In this document: positions 58,872 through 64,000 of the stretch, piece after piece | Layout of the letters: every line of letters begins with the position of its first letter | Numbering within the stretch: position 1 is the first letter of the stretch | Assembly (NCBI GenBank): GCA_965213675.1 | Contig: OZ243916.1 | Coordinates: forward strand, 1,888,001-1,952,000 | Reading direction: 5' to 3' | DNA: 64,000 bases | Source of the DNA: an uncultured Candidatus Binatia bacterium | GTDB lineage: Bacteria; Desulfobacterota; Binatia; UBA9968; JAJDTQ01 | The notes under the pieces: model-generated | Databases searched by the model: none | The model's input: only the letters and a program-made list of their open reading frames with translations | What the model was told of the DNA's origin: nothing | Program-made: the position numbers and the translations under genes

Positions 58872-59906
58872 TCAGTGATAGTCGCGGATCAGGATCTCGG
58901 CGATCTGCACGGCGTTGAGGGCGGCGCCCTTGCGCAGGTTGTCGGCAACGACCCAGAGATTGATGCCGTTGTCCACGGAGTCGTCTTCGCGAATGCGCCC
59001 CACGCAGGTGGCGTCCTTGCCAGCCGCCTCCGTGGCCAGCGGGTATTCGTTGGCTTGGGGGTCGTCCTGAAGCAGCACCCCGGGCGCCTCGCGGAGGAGC
59101 GCGCGCACGTCGCTGGCGGTCAGTTTCGTGCGGGTCTCGACGTTGATGGATTCGGAGTGGCTGCAGAAGACGGGCACGCGCACCGCGGTGGCGCTGATGC
59201 GGATATCCGGGTCGTCCAGGATCTTGCGCGTCTCCTGGATCATCTTCAACTCTTCCCGGGTATGGCCGCCCGGAACGAACGTATCGATGTGCGGAATGCA
59301 GTTGAACGCGATCTGATGCGGGAACGTCTCACACTCCACGTCGTTGCTGTTGAACAACGCCGCGGTCTGCTTCCCGAGTTCTTCCATGGCCTGGCGTCCG
59401 GCGCCCGACACCGACTGGTAAGTGGACACGACGATGCGGCTGATGCCGGCCGCGTCGTACAGCGGCTTCAGCGCCACCACCATCTGGATGGTGGAGCAGT
59501 TGGGGTTGGCGATGATGCCGCGCTGGACGTGCTCGCCGATCCTTTCGGGGTTGACCTCGGGCACCACCAGCGGGATGTCCTCCTCCATGCGGAAGCAACT
59601 GGTGTTGTCGATGACCACGGCGCCGCCGTCCACCGCCGCCGGCGCGTAGCGCGCGCTCACGGACCCACCGGCGGAAAACAGCGCGATGTCGATGTCCTCG
59701 AAGGAGTCGTCGTCCAGAACCTCCACCGGCACCTGGCGCCCGCGAAACCCGAGGCGTTGACCCGCGGAACGCTCGGATGCCAGCAGGCGCAGCGTCTCCA
59801 CCGGGAACTGCCGCTCCTCGAGGATCTTGCGCAGTTCCTCGCCCACCGCGCCGGTGGCCCCCACCACCGCCACGTTGTAAGCATCCTTGTCCTTGAAAGC
59901 GCCCAT
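58872..59906 (-). CDS. asd: Aspartate-semialdehyde dehydrogenase
   Basis: GATGAVG, ANPNCST, YQSVSGAG, DNLRKGAALNAVQIAE. Confidence 0.97.
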   Translation of the reverse strand: MGAFKDKDAYNVAVVGATGAVGEELRKILEERQFPVETLRLLASERSAGQRLGFRGRQVPVEVLDDDSFEDIDIALFSAGGSVSARYAPAAVDGGAVVIDNTSCFRMEEDIPLVVPEVNPERIGEHVQRGIIANPNCSTIQMVVALKPLYDAAGISRIVVSTYQSVSGAGRQAMEELGKQTAALFNSNDVECETFPHQIAFNCIPHIDTFVPGGHTREELKMIQETRKILDDPDIRISATAVRVPVFCSHSESINVETRTKLTASDVRALLREAPGVLLQDDPQANEYPLATEAAGKDATCVGRIREDDSVDNGINLWVVADNLRKGAALNAVQIAEILIRDYH

Positions 59907-59924
59907 GTCTCTCCCGCGCCCGGT

Positions 59925-61019
59925 TCACACCGTCCGGCTCGCCGCGATCTCCTGGCGCACGCGCGCGCCCATCTCCCGGCAGCCCACCACCGCGGCCTCG
60001 CCCTCGGCGATGTCGAGCGTGCGGCAACCGGTATCCAGCACCCGCTCCACCGCCTGCTCGATGCAGTCGGCGGCGGCGCCCTGATCGAAGGAATGGCGCA
60101 GCATCAGCGCCACGGTCAGGATGGTGGCCAGCGGGTTGGCCTTGTCCTGGCCGGCGATGTCCGGGGCGCTGCCGTGCACCGGCTCGTACATGCCCACCTT
60201 GCCGCCGAGGCTCGCCGACGGCAGCATGCCGATGGAACCGGTGAGCATGGCGGCCTCGTCGCTCAGGATGTCGCCGAACATGTTCGTGGTGACGATGACG
60301 TCGAACTGCCTGGGATCGCGGATGAGCTGCATGGCGCAGTTGTCCACGAGTACGTGCTCAAGCTCCACGTCGCCGTAGCCTTCCTCGTCGCGCACCCGGG
60401 TCACCACCTTGCGCCACAGTTCCGTGGACTCCAGCACGTTGGCCTTGTCCACCGAGGTCACCCGGCAACGGCGCCGGCGGGCCGCGTCGAAGGCCACCCG
60501 CGCGATGCGCTCGATCTCGGGCGTGGTGTAGACCAGGGTGTTGACGCCACGTTCGGTGCCGTCGGGCTCCTGGGTGACGCCCTTGGGCTGGCCGAAATAG
60601 ATGCCGCCGGTCAGTTCCCGCACCACCACGAGGTCCGTGCCTTCCACCACCTCGGGCTTGAGCGTCGAGGCCCGCGCCAGCGGCGCGAACAGCTTCACCG
60701 GCCGCAGGTTGGCGAACAGCCCCAGCTCCCGGCGCAACGCCAGGAGCGCCCGCTCCGGCCGGATGGCGTAGTCGAGGCCGTCCCACTTGGGTCCGCCCAT
60801 GGCGCCCAGCACCACGGCGTCGGCTGCCTGGGCCAAGGCCAGCACCTCGTCGGTGAGAGGCTTGCCGTGGGCGTCGATGGACGCGCCGCCCACCAGACCC
60901 TCCTCCACCTCCACGGTGAAACCGAACAGGTCGCCGGCCTGGCGCAGCACGGCCATGGCCTCGGCGACCACTTCCGGACCGATGCCGTCGCCCGGAAGCA
61001 CCGTTACCTTGTGACTCAT
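59925..61019 (-). CDS. leuB: 3-isopropylmalate dehydrogenase
   Basis: [39 protein letters not shown]. Confidence 0.97.
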   Translation of the reverse strand: MSHKVTVLPGDGIGPEVVAEAMAVLRQAGDLFGFTVEVEEGLVGGASIDAHGKPLTDEVLALAQAADAVVLGAMGGPKWDGLDYAIRPERALLALRRELGLFANLRPVKLFAPLARASTLKPEVVEGTDLVVVRELTGGIYFGQPKGVTQEPDGTERGVNTLVYTTPEIERIARVAFDAARRRRCRVTSVDKANVLESTELWRKVVTRVRDEEGYGDVELEHVLVDNCAMQLIRDPRQFDVIVTTNMFGDILSDEAAMLTGSIGMLPSASLGGKVGMYEPVHGSAPDIAGQDKANPLATILTVALMLRHSFDQGAAADCIEQAVERVLDTGCRTLDIAEGEAAVVGCREMGARVRQEIAASRTV

Positions 61020-62572
61020 GGACCCCCCTTGACCTTGGCCTGGCGATGCCGCTTGCGGTATTCGAGCCGGTTCAGCGCATTCACGTACGCCAGCGCGCTC
61101 GCCATGATGATATCCGTGTGGGAACCTTTGCCGGAGATGTGGATGTCCTTCTCCTGGAGCATGCACGACACCTCGCCCTGGGCGTCCGTGCCGCCGGTGA
61201 CGCTGGCCACCGCGTAGCGCTGCAGCTGGGCGCGGCTCCCGGAGAGCTTGGCGATGGCTTTATAGCACGCATCCACCACCCCGTCACCCGTGTCGTGGGC
61301 CATCTTCTCCTCGCCGTCCACGCGCATGCGCACGGTGGCCGACGGCACCGCGGAAGAGCTGGACGCGATGTTCAGGTACATGAGCTCGTAGCGGTCCGGC
61401 TGGCTGGGAATGCGCAGCACCTCGTCCGCCACCAGCGCCTCGATATCCTCGTCGAAGACCTGCTTCTTCTTGTCCGCCAACGCCTTGAAGCGCTCGAAGG
61501 CACGGTTCACATCGTCCTTGTCGAGGGAGAACCCGAGCTGCTGCAGCCTTTCGCCGAAGGCGTGGCGCCCGGAATGCTTGCCCATCACCAGCCGGTTGCC
61601 GGTAATGCCCACGGTCTCGGGCTTCATGATCTCGTAGGTGAGCTTCTGCTTGAGCACGCCGTCCTGATGGATGCCGGCCTCGTGGGCAAAGGCGTTGTCC
61701 CCCACGATGGGCTTGTTGAGCGGCACCGTGATGCCGGTGACCTGGGAGAGCAGGCGCGAGGTCGGGTAGATCTGCTCCGTTTGGATGCGCGTGTCCAGGC
61801 CGAACACCGGCTGACGCGTCTTGAGCGCCATCACCACCTCTTCCAGCGATGTGTTGCCGGCGCGCTCGCCGATGCCGTTCACCGTGCATTCCACCTGCCG
61901 CGCGCCGTTGGCCACCGCGGCCAGGGAATTGGCCACGGCCAGGCCCAGGTCGTTGTGGCAGTGGGCGCTCCAGGTGACCGTTTCCGCGCCTTCGGTGTGC
62001 TCGATGAGGTAGCGCACCAGCTCGCCGAATTCCGACGGGATCGCGTAACCTGTGGTGTCGGGGATGTTGAGGGTCTTCGCTCCCGCGCGAATGGCCTCGC
62101 CGAAGACCTCCACCAGGAACTCCCGGTCGCTGCGCGAGGCATCCTCGGCCGAGAACTCGACGTAATCGAGGTAGCGGCGGGCGTGGGCCACCGCCGTGCC
62201 CACGGACTCCATCACCTCGTCGCGGGACATGCGCAGCTTGTGCTTCATGTGGATGTCCGAGGTGGCGATGAAGGTATGGAGGCCGGGCCTGTGCGCCCCG
62301 TCCACCGCCTTGGCCGCCTTGCGAATGTCGCCGAGCTGCGCCCGCGCCAGACTCAGCACGATGGGCCGCTCCACCGCCTTGCACACCTGTACCACCGACT
62401 CGAAGTCCCCGGGCGACGACGCCGCGAATCCCGCCTCGATGACGTCGACTCCCAGCTTGTCGAGTTGACGCGCGATGAGGACCTTCTCCTCGATGTTCAT
62501 GCTCGCCCCGGGAGACTGCTCGCCGTCCCTCAACGTGGTATCGAAAATGTTTACAATGTTGCTGGCGCCCAT
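61016..62572 (-). CDS. leuA: 2-isopropylmalate synthase
   Basis: [33 protein letters not shown]; C-terminal regulatory domain. Confidence 0.97.
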   Translation of the reverse strand: MGASNIVNIFDTTLRDGEQSPGASMNIEEKVLIARQLDKLGVDVIEAGFAASSPGDFESVVQVCKAVERPIVLSLARAQLGDIRKAAKAVDGAHRPGLHTFIATSDIHMKHKLRMSRDEVMESVGTAVAHARRYLDYVEFSAEDASRSDREFLVEVFGEAIRAGAKTLNIPDTTGYAIPSEFGELVRYLIEHTEGAETVTWSAHCHNDLGLAVANSLAAVANGARQVECTVNGIGERAGNTSLEEVVMALKTRQPVFGLDTRIQTEQIYPTSRLLSQVTGITVPLNKPIVGDNAFAHEAGIHQDGVLKQKLTYEIMKPETVGITGNRLVMGKHSGRHAFGERLQQLGFSLDKDDVNRAFERFKALADKKKQVFDEDIEALVADEVLRIPSQPDRYELMYLNIASSSSAVPSATVRMRVDGEEKMAHDTGDGVVDACYKAIAKLSGSRAQLQRYAVASVTGGTDAQGEVSCMLQEKDIHISGKGSHTDIIMASALAYVNALNRLEYRKRHRQAKVKGGP

Positions 62573-62588
62573 GGTCTTCCTCCTCAAC

Positions 62589-62618
62589 AAAAAAAACTCC
62601 CGCGAAGGGCGGGAGTTT
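62589..62618 (-). terminator. Intrinsic terminator/attenuator hairpin upstream of leuA
   Basis: Minus strand aaactcccg-cccttcg-cgggag-tttttttt directly before the leuA RBS. Confidence 0.88.
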
Positions 62619-62647
62619 CGGTGGTGCAAGCTGGGATTTGCTCAGGC

Positions 62648-63496
62648 TCAGGCTTGTACGGGTGCCTGCGCCTCCCTCCGTCGCGTCCGCACGGCGAGTA
62701 ACCATAGTAACGGGCCCGATAAGGTGTACAGCAACAACGCTGAGAAGAGCATGATCTGCCACATCGCAATGGTGAGTATAACGATTGCCATGGCGGAAAG
62801 CAATAACCAAATGGTGCTGCGCTTCTTGAAGTGGTGCTGCTTCAGACTCAGGTAGCGGAAGTTGCTGACCATCAGGGCCGCGAGCAAGCAAGTGACCCCG
62901 GTGAAGACCACGGGCCGGCTGGCCAGGCCGTCGAGCCCCAGCATCAGGAAGATGAACAGGGTGGCGGCGATCATGGCGGCCGCCGCCGGAATCGGCAGGC
63001 CCGTGAAGTAGCTCTTCTCCGCGGTCAGGGTCTGCACGTTGAAGCGCGCCAGCCGCAACGCCCCGCACACGGCGAAAAGTGCCGGTCCCAAGCCGCCCCA
63101 GGGACCCCAGGGCTCCAGGGCGAACACATACACCAGCACGGCGGGAGCCACGCCGAAGGAAACCACGTCCGCCAGCGAATCGAACTCGACGCCGAACTGG
63201 CTGGTGGTGTGGGTGAGGCGCGCCACCGCGCCATCGATCCCGTCCAGCAAATGCGCCGCCAGGATCCACAAGGCCGCCTGAGGGTACTCCCCCCGGATAG
63301 CGAAAAAGATGGCAAACACGCCGCAGACGAGGTTGCCCGCGGTGATCAGGCTTGGCAACAGGAACATCCCCTGCCGCAGCCGGGTGGACGGCCCGCGGCG
63401 TTTCAGACGGCGGCGGCGCACTTTTCCGCGTGGGATCAGCCGAACCCTCCGCGGCGGCGTTTCGGCATTCTCGGCGGTGTATTCGGAACTCTTCAT
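62648..63496 (-). CDS. pssA: CDP-diacylglycerol--serine O-phosphatidyltransferase
   Basis: LPSLIT, DGIDGAVAR...FGVEFDSLADVVSFGVAP, LRLARFN, FTGLPIP. Confidence 0.95.
   Translation of the reverse strand: MKSSEYTAENAETPPRRVRLIPRGKVRRRRLKRRGPSTRLRQGMFLLPSLITAGNLVCGVFAIFFAIRGEYPQAALWILAAHLLDGIDGAVARLTHTTSQFGVEFDSLADVVSFGVAPAVLVYVFALEPWGPWGGLGPALFAVCGALRLARFNVQTLTAEKSYFTGLPIPAAAAMIAATLFIFLMLGLDGLASRPVVFTGVTCLLAALMVSNFRYLSLKQHHFKKRSTIWLLLSAMAIVILTIAMWQIMLFSALLLYTLSGPLLWLLAVRTRRREAQAPVQA
62775..62803 (-). promoter_or_regulatory. Putative sigma70 promoter inside pssA, driving the leu leader
   Basis: TTGCTT(62803-62798)-N17-TATACT(62780-62775). Confidence 0.65.
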
Positions 63497-63500
63497 ACGG

Positions 63501-63998
63501 TCAGAGCCGCGCCACGATGGTCTCGCCCCCGCGAACGCGCTCGCCCGGCCGCACCGCCACCGCGGCGTCCGCGGGCAGGTGCAGATCCACGCGTGAGCCG
63601 AACATGATCATGCCAAAACGCTCGCCCCGCTTCAACGTATCGCCGCGCCCCACGTCGCAAACGATGCGGCGCGCGAGAAAGCCGGCGATCTGCACCACAC
63701 GGACGGTCCTGCCCGAGGCGTCCGTGAGCGCCACCGCGTTGCGCTCGTTCTCCTCCGATGCCTTGCCTTTGTAGGCGGCCAGGAAACGGCCTGCCTGGTG
63801 GCGGACGTCCGCTACCCGCGCGTCCAGGGGCGCGCGATTGATGTGCACGTCCAGAGGTGAAAGGAAGATGCTGACCCTGGGGCCGCCGGGATGCGTGCCG
63901 TCGTCCTCGACTTCCACCACCTTGCCATCGGCGGGAGATACCACGAGGCCATCGCCGGCGGGGGTCACCCGCGCGGGGTCGCGAAAGAACCCCGCCAG
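63501..63998 (-). CDS. psd: Phosphatidylserine decarboxylase proenzyme (5' end outside window)
   Basis: FFRDP, SPADG, SIFLSPLDVHINRAP, QIAG...RRI, FGSRVD cleavage motif. Confidence 0.93.
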   Translation of the reverse strand: MAGFFRDPARVTPAGDGLVVSPADGKVVEVEDDGTHPGGPRVSIFLSPLDVHINRAPLDARVADVRHQAGRFLAAYKGKASEENERNAVALTDASGRTVRVVQIAGFLARRIVCDVGRGDTLKRGERFGMIMFGSRVDLHLPADAAVAVRPGERVRGGETIVARL

Positions 63999-64000
63999 CG

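Noticed and set aside
62584-62769. 61-aa alternative-frame ORF as the leu leader peptide
   Set aside because: Contains a single Leu and runs through the terminator; the Leu cluster is in the pssA frame.

Overview
GC-rich bacterial chromosomal window. The paralog expansions (LLM oxidoreductases, bicupins, TctC-like binding proteins) and the psd-pssA-leuA linkage suggest a deltaproteobacteria-like or Binatia-like organism (inference). From left to right it contains: nuoA-nuoB-fused nuoCD; a decayed defence/TA islet (HEPN pair, ParD relic, truncated DISARM DrmD, ATPase-wHTH-nuclease); a CDGSH-cupin-GST-LarE cluster; ehuBCDA; many catabolic and transport genes (cupins, LLMs, a XDH-family molybdoenzyme, hydrolases, UbiD, ABC/TTT/TAXI transporters); a HigBA-like TA pair; and leuCD, truA, asd, leuB, leuA, pssA, psd. 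Intergenic DNA carries several palindromic REP families and two CTAG-associated MITE families. Three signals are missed by the ORF track. (1) A leucine attenuator appears to use the 3' end of the pssA coding sequence as its leader peptide, with an internal sigma70 promoter, a rare-Leu-codon cluster, an antiterminator and a terminator upstream of leuA-leuB-asd. (2) A glutathione S-transferase has an in-frame UGA at the catalytic position followed by a SECIS-like hairpin, consistent with selenocysteine. (3) Phased iteron-like repeat arrays lie directly upstream of both ATPase-wHTH-nuclease genes. No rRNA, tRNA or CRISPR array was recognised.
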